DNA of 64,000 nt from Azolla caroliniana (lineage: Eukaryota; Plantae; Polypodiophyta), in contig JBHGNT010000007.1 in NCBI GenBank assembly GCA_043228905.1, positions 21,390,001 to 21,454,000 on the forward strand. Direction: 5' to 3'. Both the position numbers and the translations under genes were made by a program. Each line of letters opens with the position of its first letter. Positions within the stretch are counted from its first letter, which is position 1. The notes below the pieces were generated by a model. It was not told the DNA's origin and searched no databases. It saw only the letters and a list, made by a program, of their open reading frames with translations. Positions 1 through 11,881 of the stretch are shown here, piece after piece.

Positions 1-82
1 CCCACGTTCGGAACACTCTCTCTCTCGCTCTCACTCTCATCACCACTCTACCTCGCCATCTTTCCTCGACCTCGAAGCAGAC

Positions 83-2752
83 ATGGAACCACAAACGCTG
101 TCGGAAGCGGCCAGGAAATGGCTCAGGCAACACGGACTGGATGGGTTCTTGACCATCATGGAGGCACCACCGCACAAAGAAGCCGACCAGGTCATCAAGG
201 AGCTCGACAAAGAAGTCATCACCGAGGAAGCGATCCGTGCGCTAACAGGCCTTCCGGAGGGAGGTATTTTTCAGATCGATAACCCAACCTCGGAGCAACT
301 CATCCGATATTTCGGTGAGTACTCTGTAGCCGGCAAAGGCTATCGAACGCAGGGCGGCGAAGATCCGCTATTCAGGGAGATAGCTCGAGTGCTCCATGAG
401 TACGGCCACGTGTACCCCCGACCCCCTGTCATGCCAAAAAATCGGGCAGGGATGATCATAGCCACCTATGAAGGGATCAAGGTGGATTGGCCGGTGTTGA
501 TTGCAGACGGTTTGTGTGCGGCAATCGACACGGTACGAGGAAAGGACGGCAAGGAGGGCCGGAAGCTGTGGCATGCCGTAGCTCAGTGGATAACATTGCT
601 CGCGCCGCCGGTCGAGACCGTTCAGCCAAAGAAGCGGCCAAGATTATCGGAAGGAAGCACCTCGAAGCCGGCGTCCAAACGACAGTAGCTGCTGGCGTCG
701 AAGGCGACGAAAGGGAAGAAACGGCTCCCAGAACCGGAGGAGGTGTCACTGGTTCCACCCGTTAAGATAACCATACGGCGACCGGGACAGAAGGAACCGG
801 AACCCTTGACGGCACAGATACATGCCGTTACCCAGGAAGAGGAAACGGAGGAGCCAGTAGAGCACCTCCAACGACGGTCAAGAAGTAGGACCGCCGGGAC
901 AGCGGGGGAGCGTTCGGACCCGCAAAAGGAAGAAACGCCCCCAACTCAACCTGAGCAAACCACAAGGGAGTAACCGGAACTGGTGCGTATAGAACCGGCC
1001 TTGTCGACTTCTATACAAGAAGTCATTCCAACGGCTCCGGAGACGGCGAGAACCGGAACTCAACAGCCGGCGAGCCCAGCCAGCACACACGGCAGCCAAG
1101 GAGTAGAACCAGAACGGCAGATACAGGCACTCAGGCCAGACAATTCCACAGTGAACGAGCCGACCCGACCAGTACAGCAGCAAGGCACCAGTAGCATGTG
1201 GCTACGGTGGGTAGGCGAGCAGATCGCCGGAGCGGTCGAGTACATAGAGGCGGAGGAGAGAGCGCACCACGAACGGTTGCTCGTCACAACCGTAGATCTA
1301 GAGACGGCCCGGTCCAGAATCCGGAGCCTTGAACAAGACTTGGACAGGGTCACAAGGGAAATGGCTCAATTGGCTTTGACAACACAAGTCCAAGCACCGG
1401 TGACTCCGGGCAATGTACAGAATAAAGCGTCAGATCAACTTGTACATAGCAATCAGACCCCGGCAACGGAAACCGTTCCGGAGAGAAATGCGGCACAAGC
1501 CCAAGAGCTTGCGGACTTAAAGGATGAGCTAGCTGCCCAAGAAGCGCTGAGGAGCCGCGAAAGAGAGTTGAAGACGGCAGCGGAGGCAGAACTCAAAAAG
1601 ACTGCTGAGAATCTACGCCGGGCCGAGGAGAGCTTACGAAAAGGCCACCAAGCGTACGACTGGCTCAAGGAGGAGAAGGAGAAAATGCTGCAAGAGAAGG
1701 ACAAGCTCCGGAGAAACGCCGAAACAGAAGTAGATCGCCTGAAAGAGGAACTCTGGCAGCTAAAGGACCGGGAGGACCGGAACCATCGCCAGATCAATGG
1801 CAAGCTCAAACAAAAAACGGAGGAATTTGAGCACTTGCACCGAGAGTATAAACGGTTGCAAACGGAGCACAAGGAACGGACGGATGAGCTCCGGCAAGCA
1901 GTTGATCGGACCGCAACGGCATACGCTAATGAACAAGCGGAAACCAGAAGACGGTTGGAAGAGGCGGAGAAGGTTCGGACAGAGCTCCTCAGGCAACAGC
2001 AGGCGGAAAAAGAAAGAGCGGCGGAGGTAATGCAGAGGCTGCAAACAACATATCAAGGGCAGCTGACGCGCTACAGAGAGCAGGCGGAGGATACGGCTAA
2101 TCTCATCAAGCAGTTGAAGGAGGAACGACAAGTTGTGGAAAGTAGAGCGCAAATGGGAGCAAGTCGCATCCAGGATATCATGCGGGCCTGGTTGAACCAG
2201 ACCAAGAGCTTGATTGACAACGGTTCCGTCAAATGGTGGACCAAGTGGGCCACGAACGCGGCGGAACTCCAATTGCTCCGGGCCGACGTAGAGAACCGGC
2301 GGAAGGAGGGAGATGATTGCTATATGCTGACTTCCGAAGACTTCACCGGCATAAGAGATGAGCTGGCCGAAGACTTTCAAGCCTTGGTAGAGGACCAACT
2401 AGGGAAAATCCGGCAACTTGTAGCTCAGCTGGACGACGACAGGCTGGAGGCGCAGATCCAGTTTGAAAGCTACGAGAGGTCCCAGATCCGGGAAGAGAAA
2501 GCACGAGAACCGGTTACGGTCAACCTCAGTGATGAGGAACCGTTACTGGAAGGAGACCGGACCGGAAGCAGTCAAATGGGGATGCCGGAGTCAGAGAAAC
2601 AAACGGAGCAGCAGCAAGCACAGCCGCCGGAGCAGTCTCAGTCCCAACCGCAACCACAGCAGCAGCAGCAAGCACAGCCGCAACAACCACAACCGGAAGA
2701 ACAATTGGAAACTCTGGAACAAAGTATTTTGGACAATTTGGGTGAACAATGA
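83..2752 (+). pseudogene. Retrotransposon extra ORF (about 890 codons): globular N-terminal domain, low-complexity linker, long coiled coil; two in-frame stops
   Basis: ORFs 83-688, 743-973 and 983-2752 share one frame. Motifs YFGEYS..IARVLHEY..YEGIKVDW and LRADVENRRKEG match T2's YFGVYS..IARILMEY..YEGNKIDW and LRADAENRRKEG. Confidence 0.8.
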
Positions 2753-2764
2753 AGGGGCCGAGAA

Positions 2765-2802
2765 GGGTTCGACGTACAAGGTACTGTCCCACGGGCGTGC
2801 CA
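2765..2802 (+). other. tRNA-Arg 3'-half-like sequence at the PPT position of T1
   Basis: GGGTTCGA-cGTACaagGTACt-GTCCCACGGGCGTGCCA ends 2 nt before the LTR. It resembles the plant tRNA-Arg(UCU) 3' end GGGTTCGAGTCCCACCGGGCGTGCCA. Confidence 0.75.
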
Positions 2803-2804
2803 TG

Positions 2805-3223
2805 TGTTACCGGCCGGCAAGGAGTCCAAAATACGGAGTGAAGGAATTAATTAAGTATGGTTGTAAATAAGCATAGTGTGGACGGACGGACTGGAAACGG
2901 TATGCCGTTCCAGATCCGGACGGATCCCGAATAGGTGCGATAGGCACCGTTTTGTACTACGGGCCGGAAACCTATTTAAAGGCCCGGACCCCATTGTAAT
3001 CGCAACGGATAATTAATAGAGCATATGGTGTTTATACTTCTGTGTTGGTTTCCGTTCTGTAATTACTGTTATATCTTACGCGTGTAATTAACCAAAGCAC
3101 TCTAATCGTGTAACCTACGTAAGTCGGTGTAATCGTTGAATCTTAATCCTATGCCGTAATCACCCTTTGGTGAAGTGTCTCCGTGACACCTTGTGTTAGG
3201 CCTTGTCTGGTCAGAGAATAACA
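2805..3223 (+). repeat. 3' LTR of T1 (419 bp)
   Basis: TGTTA..TAACA inverted termini; TATA-like TATTTAAA near 2973. The partner LTR is outside the window. Confidence 0.75.
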
Positions 3224-3397
3224 GTGCTCACTGAGCACGTCTTATGTACAGACTGAGTATTATTGTTGAATATAGTTTTTTGTGTTTTCTCTCTCTGTCT
3301 CTCCCGCGTACACCGTGTAAGCCTAAGCTCTCCATTGAACCTGAGCTTCCTTCCTCTGTTCTGTCTTCATACCTGCTTCCGCACGCTACTTTTTACA

Positions 3398-3409
3398 TGG
3401 TATCAGAGC
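3398..3409 (+). promoter_or_regulatory. PBS (tRNA-iMet) of copia A
   Basis: TGGTATCAGAGC directly after the LTR end TTTTACA. Confidence 0.95.
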
Positions 3410-3469
3410 GCGAGGGTTGAGAACCTCTCTGCAGCCGACACAGCTTGACGAAGAAGAACAAGAAGAACG

Positions 3470-6400
3470 ATGGATAGAGGCATGGCGAGCTCGCTTCCAA
3501 CAGAGAAGCTCGACAGAACCAACTACGCGTCTTGGTCTTACAAGATGCATCGGTACCAGCTCGGGCACGACTACTGGAGTTATGTCAAAGGAGCTAAAGA
3601 CGCGACACCTGAATCAACGCACAGAGACTTCCCGTCGTGGGAGCAATCGGCGAGCAGGGCACTATACTACTTCGCATTGTGTGTGGGCGAACAACTATTG
3701 AGCTATGGTCGGGATGCAAAGACGCCGAAGGGTGCGTGGGAAAATCTGAAGAAGATTTTCGCCGCGAGCACCACAACCAGGAAGCTTCAGCTCCGACAGG
3801 AGTTAAGCAACCTACGACAACGTGACTTGTCGGTGGTGGACTATACCTCGAAGATCAAGGATATCTGCGACTCCCTCGCCTCCATAGAGGTGAACATCGA
3901 TGAGAGCGAGATGGTCCAGATCTGTCTCGGAGGTTTGGCGTCGAAGTTCGGAGCGTTCCGAACGGCTGTGTGTACCCGGGAGAATACGCCGTCCTTTTTC
4001 GACTTACAATCGATGCTCCTGGTAGAGGAGAACCACGCGGGTGCGTCTACAAGCACGCACACCGACAACAGAATGCTGTACAGGGAGGGAGATAGGCCCC
4101 GTGGACGTGGAGGACGAGGCGAGTCGGCACGCAATGGAGGCGGCCGATGAGATCAAGGAAGAAGGCACCGAAATGATGCCGACAGCAACTCCGGACCCTC
4201 CGGAAACCGGGGGAGTCGAAGCGATGAGAACCGGCAAGGGAAGTTCATTGCGGAGTGCTGGTACTGTGGCAAGAAAGGCCACAGGGAAAGTGAGTGCTGG
4301 AAGAAGCGCGCCGATTCGGAGAGAACTGGTTCCAGGAATGGCTCCAGACGTACCGACAAGGGAAATCGGCAGCGATCGCACTACGCTGAAGACTCCGGGA
4401 GAGCCGGAGAAGGGTCTGTCTTCGTGACGAGACACGAAGCAAACTCAATGAAACAGAGCACCCCGAGACCGAACGAGGTGTGGTACGTAGACTCCGGCGC
4501 GTCAAACCACATGACGAGCCATAAGGAGTGGTTCTCGTACCTTGAAAAACCGATACAACCTGGAGTAGTCGCAACAAGAGACGACACTCCGCATCCGATT
4601 GCGAATGTCGGAGAAGTTCCCCTTAGCCATGTCGGGCAGAAAGGGAAACTCAAGAATGTGTTGCACGTTCCGACAATCACGAAAAACTTGGTCTCGGTCG
4701 GACAGATCGTCGACCAAGGGATGGAGGTTCGGTTTACACACCTCGGGTGCTTCATTGAGGAAGAAGGCCGTGTGATCGTGCAAGGGCGCAGAGACGGGAG
4801 GATGTTTATCCTCGATTCCACTGACGGTGGCACCGCAATGTTCGCAAAGGGACAAAAAGCCGAGTCGGACATCGACTTGTGGCACAAGCGGATAGGCCAC
4901 GTCAACTACCAGCGGCTTCAAGATCTGCAATCGAAACAGGTAGTGTTCGGATTGCCCAAGTTTAGTGGCCGAAAGGCACAAATTTGTGAAGCCTGCCAGC
5001 TCGGGAAGCAACACCGACTTCCCTTCCCCAACGAGCGAAACCGGAGCCGGAACAAGCTCGACCTTATACACTCGGATGTGTGGGGACCGACACAAAACGT
5101 TAGTCTTGGCGGGAGCCGATACTTTGTCTCTTTCATCGATGACCACACGCGGCACACGTGGATCTACCTCGTTGAGAGGAAGAGCGAAGTCTTCGACTGT
5201 TTCCGGGACCTCAAATGGTTTGTGGAAATGGAAACGGGACGAAAGATCAAGTGCCTGCGGTCGGATGGCGGGAAAGAGTACTTTTCCGGTCAATTCAACA
5301 GTTATCTACAACAAATGGGAATTCGGCGCGAATTCAGTTGTAGATACACGCCAGAGCAGAACGGCGTGGCCGAGAGGAAGAATCGGTCAGTTGTGGAAGC
5401 GGCACGGGCAATGCTGGAGGAGAAGAGCTTGCCCAAGTTCTATTGGGCCGAGGCGGTGAGGACCGCAGTATACATCTAGAACCGGATCGGAGACAAAGTG
5501 TCGGCGCACGAGCTATATTTCGGAGCGAAGCCGAACTTGCGACACTTGAAGGTGTTTGGTAGCATTGCGTATGTGCATATACCGAAGGAGAGAAGGAGGA
5601 AGCTGGACGCAAAGGCCGAGAAATGCATCTTGGTCGGTTACTCGGATGAGCAGAAGGGTTATAAGTGCTATAACCCTCGCACCAAACAAGCGCGTGTCAG
5701 CCGCGACGTTGTGTTTGACGAGTCCGCGTCCTGGTACAAGCCCGCGCCTCCGAACCCCGAGTCCAATCCGTGTTCTGACGATGAGGTCAGCGAGGCCGAG
5801 ATGCCTCCGGATGAGCCCGAAATCGAGACCCGCGAAGAGAGTCCGATTTCACTTCGGTTAAGTGGACCGATTGGACGACTGAGTCGGTACGACCAGTCCG
5901 ATGAAGAGTCGGCGAGTAGTGGAGACTCGGCCGTGCATTCCCCGCGCAGGAAGCCGAGGAGACAGCTTACGCGCAAAGAGAAAGGGAAGAAGAAGGTGTC
6001 AGATTTCGGCATGGAAAGGAACGAGTCAGATCGACGCGAGTCTGACTCCGAGGGAACCGGTGACAGGTCTTTAAAGATGAAGACCGCGTCGACCGAGAAG
6101 GCCTCGACATCGGCTAATGTGAGATTACGCCGATCTACCCGCCAAAAGAACCCAGTTGTGCGGTTCGGATACAACGAGTACATGGCGCATCATTATGCAT
6201 ACATGATCCGTGTAGCGGAAGTGCGTGAGCCAGAGAGCTACGTAGAAGCGGCTAAAGACGCGAATTGGCGTGCCGTGATGGAGGAAGAGATGCACGCATT
6301 GGCAGAGAACGAGACCTGGGACCTGGTTGACGCACCGGAGGGTGTGAAGCCGATCGGGTGTAGGTGGGTGTACAAGGTCAAGTACAACACCGATGGCTCG

Positions 6401-7653
6401 GTCAACCGGTACAAGGCTCGGCTAGTGGCAAAGGGCTACGCGCAGAAACACGACATCGACTAAGATGAGATGTTTGCGCCGGTCGCGAAAATGACGACTG
6501 TCTGTGTTTTGCTGGTAGTAGCTGCGGCGAAGGGGTGGCACTTACATCAAATGGATGTAAAGAATGCGTTCCTGCAAGGTGACCTTGAGGAACAAGTGTA
6601 CATGATACAGCCCCCCGGATTTCACTCCGGAACAAACTCCTCGGCAGTATGCCGACTGAAGAAGTCCCTTTACGGACTGAAGCAAGCCCCGCGTGCCTGG
6701 AACGCGAAGATCACGCAACAACTGCGTCGGATGGGCTTCGTCACGTCAAAATCAGACTCTTCCCTGTTCATCCCGAAAGGTCGACTCGGACCGGTTAGTA
6801 TTTTACTATATGTTGATGACTTGGTCATCACCGGCACCGACCTAGGTGAAATCGACCGCGTAAAGCTCCAGCTTGCGGCATCGTTCGACATGAAGGATCT
6901 GGGGGACCTTCATTACTTCCTCGGGATCGAAGTGATCCGTACCCCCGAAGGCATATTGATCAGCCAACGTCATTACGTGCTGAGTATGCTCTTCAAATTT
7001 GGGATGGCCGACTGTAAGTCCGTCTCGACTCCTCTGGACAGAACCGTGAAGCTTCGTCCCGATACGGGAAAGGTATGCGAGCCGACGAGGTTTCGACAAA
7101 TTGTCGGAAGCCTCATATACTTGACCATCACCCGACCTGACCTCAGTTATCCGGTCGGGGTGATCAGTCAGTTCATGGCGCGACCTACCCAGGAGCACCT
7201 TCAGTGTGTGCAACGCATACTTCGGTATGTCAACGGCACTAAGGACCGGGGACTGCTATATCGGACCGGTGCGGCCGCGTAGTTAGTCGGCTACACCGAT
7301 GCTGATTGGGCTGGCAACGCCGCCGATCGCCGATCCACGTCCGGATACGCGTTCTCCCTCAAGAGTGCCGCGATCGCGTGGAGCAGTAAGAAGCAGCCGA
7401 CAGTTGCACTGTCGAGCACCGAAGCTGAGTACCGAGGAGCGGCTGTCGCGGCATGTGAAGGCATATGGTTGAAGCGGCTACTTAAGGACCTGCAAGTGGA
7501 GGTGTCAGATCTGACGACGATCTACTGCGACAACCTCAGCAGCATCCAGCTCGCAAAAAACCCCGTTTTCCACGCACGAACCAGGCACATTGAGGTGCAC
7601 TACCATTTCGTCCGTGAGCGTGTCCTTACCGGTGAAGTCAAACTTCAGTACGT
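3470..7653 (+). pseudogene. gag-pol: copia A gag-pol, single frame with four premature stops (4148, 5477, 6461, 7280)
   Basis: CCHC knuckle at about 4257-4300, WYVDSGASNH (protease), HSDVWGP and QNGVAER (integrase), YVDD (RT), YTDADWAG (RNase H). Confidence 0.95.
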
Positions 7654-8301
7654 TGTCGCGTTACTACGCGCGTGCGTAGGGAAACGAGGCGGGACCACCG
7701 GGGTCTTGAACCGAAGAGCAGATGATAAAAGGGGAAAGGGAAGGAGAGAGACGCCCGGTGACGTATGAGCAAAGAAACACAGGGGCGTGGCCCGTCAACA
7801 CAGAAAACGCGAATGGACACAGAGATAGGGAGACACAAGTGTTTGTATATTAACGAATAACAAGAACACAGCAGAACACGCGAGCGGTTACAACCGAACA
7901 GGCCGGCGAACAGATGCCAATGCCTGTTCGTCTGCGCACGGAAAGGGGATAAGATGGAGGTGCTGCCGGAAGCACACGGGCGTTCCTCGAAGCAGCATGA
8001 GCCTCCCGAAGCCTGCAGAGAAGAACAACAGAGAACAGACAGAGGAGAATCGTTCGGTTCCGGTCCGACAACACTTCGTCCTCCTTAATGCGCGATCCCC
8101 TCTCATTGCGTCTCCCTCTCCTTTATAGCGTCAAGAAGGGAGCCGTCTCCCTCATTTACTTCCCACCTACCGAATCTAACTACCCAGGATCTCTCTCTAT
8201 ACCTAATTCTCTATTATATACATTAAGAGCGCGCACACGTGAAGGGCCGGTTCATGTGTGCTATTCACCGATTGCGCTAGGGGACGGTTTTCTTCACGAC
8301 A
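7654..8301 (-). repeat. 3' LTR of B
   Basis: Direct repeat of 14042-14688; TGTCG..CGACA termini. Confidence 0.95.
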
Positions 8302-11300
8302 TCCGCCCCCACCTAACCGCGCATCCACCGGTATGCGCCAAAATTGGGTTCTGATTGGAGAAAAATGGCCCGGGTTCCGGTTCCTCGTCCATCGGTTCGT
8401 CCTCCGCCTCGGACTGATCATCGTCGTTGTCCAGGCCTCTTAGATCCGGTTCGCCATCGTGGCGCTTCTTGAACACTTTGATCCGCTTCCCCGCCACTGG
8501 TATCGCCATCCTCGTACCGTCGAGTTCCGCCAGGTGGTACGTCCCATTGTCGTTGGCGCCCATTACCACGTAAGGCCCGAACCTCCGCTTTGCAAACTTC
8601 CGTGTTGCTCGGTGCTGGTTGTCGAGGCTGCTGTCATAGACTAGCACCTAGTCGCCTTCCTCGATTCTCTTTATTCTGAGCCGGTGCGTTCGGTCGAACC
8701 AGGCTTTGTTCTTCATTCTCGCCGTCCGAAGTCTCTCCGCTACTCGTTCCACGTCCTCTGGCCTCCGCTCGAGCTGCCGTATACGCGCCGCAAGCAGTTC
8801 TTCCTGACTCATTTCGTCACTCCAGTCTACTGTCGCCCAGGAGGAGATCGTCCGTTCCATCGGCATGATCGGCTTCTGTCCAAACATGAGTTTTGACGGC
8901 ATGAACCCGTTAACCGAACTGTGCGTTGTCTGGTCCGCCCACAAGGCATAGGGTAACAGTTGCGGCCAGTACCCGACCTGTCCTCCGCACGCCCGGACTA
9001 GCGCTTTCACGATTGGCCCGTGCCCGCGCTCTACCTTCCCGTTTGCCTCCGGATTGTACATTGTGGTGAGCGAGAGCTTGACCCCTAACCGGTTGAACAA
9101 CTCCTCGGCCTCTTCGGCGTCCAACTCCCCGCGGTCAGCCACGATCTTTCCGACGCATCTGTACCGGCATATCACGTCCTCGATCAGGAACTGACACACG
9201 GCCGTGGTCGTTTTGTTCTGCAGGGCTCGGCCTTCCACCTGGTTCATCAGGTCCTCTCGGGCCAGCACCAGATACCGCATCTGCCCTACGCCCATCGGCA
9301 TCGTCACCAAATCTACCATCCATTTGAAGTGGATGGCCGGAGGGTAAGTGGGGTGAAGCTCGTCCCGATGTCGGATTATAGAGTGCATCTAACAACTCTC
9401 ACAAGTTGTCACGAACCGATGCACGTCCTGGTACAGTCCCGGCCACCAGTACTTCCCCTTTAGCTTTTCGAACGTGGCCCACGTCCCACGGTGCCCGGCC
9501 CAGGGGCTGTTGTGGTAGGCCTTCAACAATTCCTCCTGTTTCTCCTTCGTCGCCACTACTCGGGTCGGGATGCTGTTCCTCTTCTTCGGGTGCTTCCACA
9601 AGTATCCGTCCCGGAGAAAGAATCGGTACGCTTTCTTCCGGATCCGGTTAGCCTCGTCCCTTGTCCACGATGCGTCTGGCACCATTGTCCTCAAGAATCC
9701 CCCAATCTGCAGCCACTCCCCGTCGTACTTGCTCTCGTTGAAATCGTTAAGCGCCGGAGTGCTTTCCCCTTCGGTTGTTACGTAAGCCGCCTCGAAGAAG
9801 TCTACGCCAACTTCCTCGTCCTCCGAAACGATGCTGCCCTCGTCGTCGAATCGCGCCCTCGAAAGCATGTCGGCCATGGCATTGTCCTTCCCGGAAATGT
9901 GTCGTATCTCCGGATCCAGGGACTTGATGTACGCTATCCACCTGAGCATTGCTAGGTCCAGAGTTGCACATCCGGAAACCATGCCGAGGATCGGCAGGCA
10001 GTCCGTCTCGATAATTACCTCCGTCCCGATCAGATAGTCTTTATCGGCCTTTATCGCCGAAACGATACCCCAGAGTTCGCGTTTAACCTGGGCGTATCCT
10101 CGCTGTCGCTCGCTGAGGACCTTCGCGCCGAACCGGATTGGGAACCGAATACCGTCCTCATCTTCTTGGTTGACGACCCATCCGATCCCGGTCGGACTCG
10201 TATCTACCATTATGTAGATGGGGGTGCCTTTCTCGTAGACCGCCTTCCGGAGCGCCGGAGCTGCAGCAAGAGCCTCCTTCATTTTTCGGACTGACTCCGC
10301 AGGCTTGACTCGCCACTCGAATTTTTGCCCCTTTTTCAGCAACCTGTATAGTGGCTCGGCAACGTGGGCGTAATGCGGGATCCATATGTGGTAGAACGCG
10401 CATGCTCCCAAGAACCTCCGTACCTCCGTGACCGAGTTACAGTCGGGCTTCATAGCGGAGATGGCTTCTACCTTGGCCGGAGACGGTTTCCGCCCATACG
10501 CTCCACATAGATGTCCGACGACCATGATCTCCGATTGCCCGAAGGCTGATTTCTCCCCGGAGAAGGTGAGCCTCGCGTCCTCTAGCCTCTACAGCACCCT
10601 CTCGCAGTCGTCAATGTGTGTCGTCACGAATTTCCGGCATCCGTCCGGTCCGATCGTTTCGTCCTTTTCCCCCACCGGACATCCCTTGATCGGGATGTCG
10701 TCCAAGAATGGCATGGTGATGTCCGGGATACAATCCCTCAACGCCTTGTTCATCGCATTCACCATGTGGGCCACCGAGTTCGTCCCTCCTTGCGGCAGGG
10801 TGCACATCCGCACTAGGCCGAGAGAAGTCCGCATCGTCGTTATGTCTCTGCTCTCTACGGCTAGTTGGAACTGATCGTACCCCGAGTACAGATCACTGAC
10901 AGAGTAGATCGACCTTCCGGCGAAGGCCTCCGCGAACTCGTCTATCGTTGGTCCGATTCCTGCGTTCCGAATGGTCACTCTGTTGACCGGCTCCAGGTCT
11001 TGAATGAAGCGCAACGTCCCGTTCTTCGTCGGTACAGTAAACCACCGGTTCGAGTACGGGGCACTCGACGGTTCGAGGATGCCCATATCGACTTTCTGCC
11101 TCAATAGCTCCATCAGCTCCGGGATGTGAGCTCTCGGTACCGAAATTGGCTTGAGATTCCATGGTACATGCTGTACCGTGAATATCACCATCGGCTTCAC
11201 GATTGTCAGGTCTACGCACCCGATCTCTTCCGGCGAGAATGCGAAGGCTTTCCCGTGCCTTCCGAGCATCCTCCAAAACCGGTCTTCTTCCGCCGGCAGT

Positions 11301-11881
11301 AGGAACCCGCCCCCACCGATTTTGAGCTCCCGTAGCGTTCTGTCGGTGAAGGTGTGTCCTATGCGGGCCGGATCACGTAAACTGGGGTTTGACGTGACCC
11401 CCTCGATTCGCAACTCGCTGCCCTCCGGTAAGGGTGCCGCGACTAGCCTTACCTTCCGGTTCACAGCCTTGTACTTCCTGTTAACCTGGGCCGTCCGATC
11501 CGACTCGAGCCCTCGACTGAAGTCCGCGATGACTTCATACATCTCTTCTGAACAAACCGGTATCGTCCGGTTCTCTTTAAGGCCCTCTCCGACCACCTCT
11601 CGCAGTATTCCCAAGGTATCGTCGAAGGAGACCGCCTCCACGGCTCCGTTGATTTCTTCGCTGGGCCCGAGAACTCCGCACGCCCGAAGTCGCCCTTCCG
11701 CCCTTGTCTTTTCTCGGCCTACGACGCCGACTATCGTACACCCTCCGTTGTCGGAGAAACAAAACTTCCTACTTATGGTACAAGGATTCTTTGGTTTCGC
11801 TTCTATCGTACATTTGTGGGGTTTTCCCGGAGTGTCTGGACTGTCGCGGCCCCACGCCTTGGCAGCCCTCTTTAAAAATCC
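8294..11881 (-). pseudogene. pol: B pol (RT-RNase H-integrase) with in-frame stops
   Basis: LPQGGTNS and FLDD (RT); VDTSPTGIG and ETDCLP (RNase H); H-x5-GH..C-x2-C, DRGE and NGKVERG (integrase); FGPY motif. Confidence 0.92.
11838..11881 (-). promoter_or_regulatory. Putative -1 ribosomal frameshift signal of B (G GAU UUU plus stem-loop)
   Basis: The gag-PR frame ends GAG GAT TTT TAA and pol is open in the -1 frame (GGA TTT TTA AAG). The stem GGGCTG..CAGTCC starts 6 nt downstream. The same signal is at 46113-46156. Confidence 0.75.

Larger units (their letters stand above)
1..3223 (+). mobile_element. 3' part of a Tat-like (non-chromovirus Ty3/gypsy) LTR retrotransposon 'T1': extra ORF plus 3' LTR, inserted in the 5' LTR of copia A
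   Basis: The ORF is homologous to the extra ORF of element T2 (28616-31575). It is followed by an LTR TGTTACC..ATAACA that abuts sequence matching the copia A LTR from 15551 onward. Confidence 0.8.

Noticed and set aside
983-2752. Host myosin/SMC-like coiled-coil gene
   Set aside because: It is intronless, in frame with the upstream transposon-type domain, followed by an LTR, and homologous to the ORF inside T2.
2751-2804. Hammerhead or HDV-like ribozyme before the T1 LTR
   Set aside because: There is no CUGANGA/GAAA core, and I could not build the HDV nested pseudoknot by eye.
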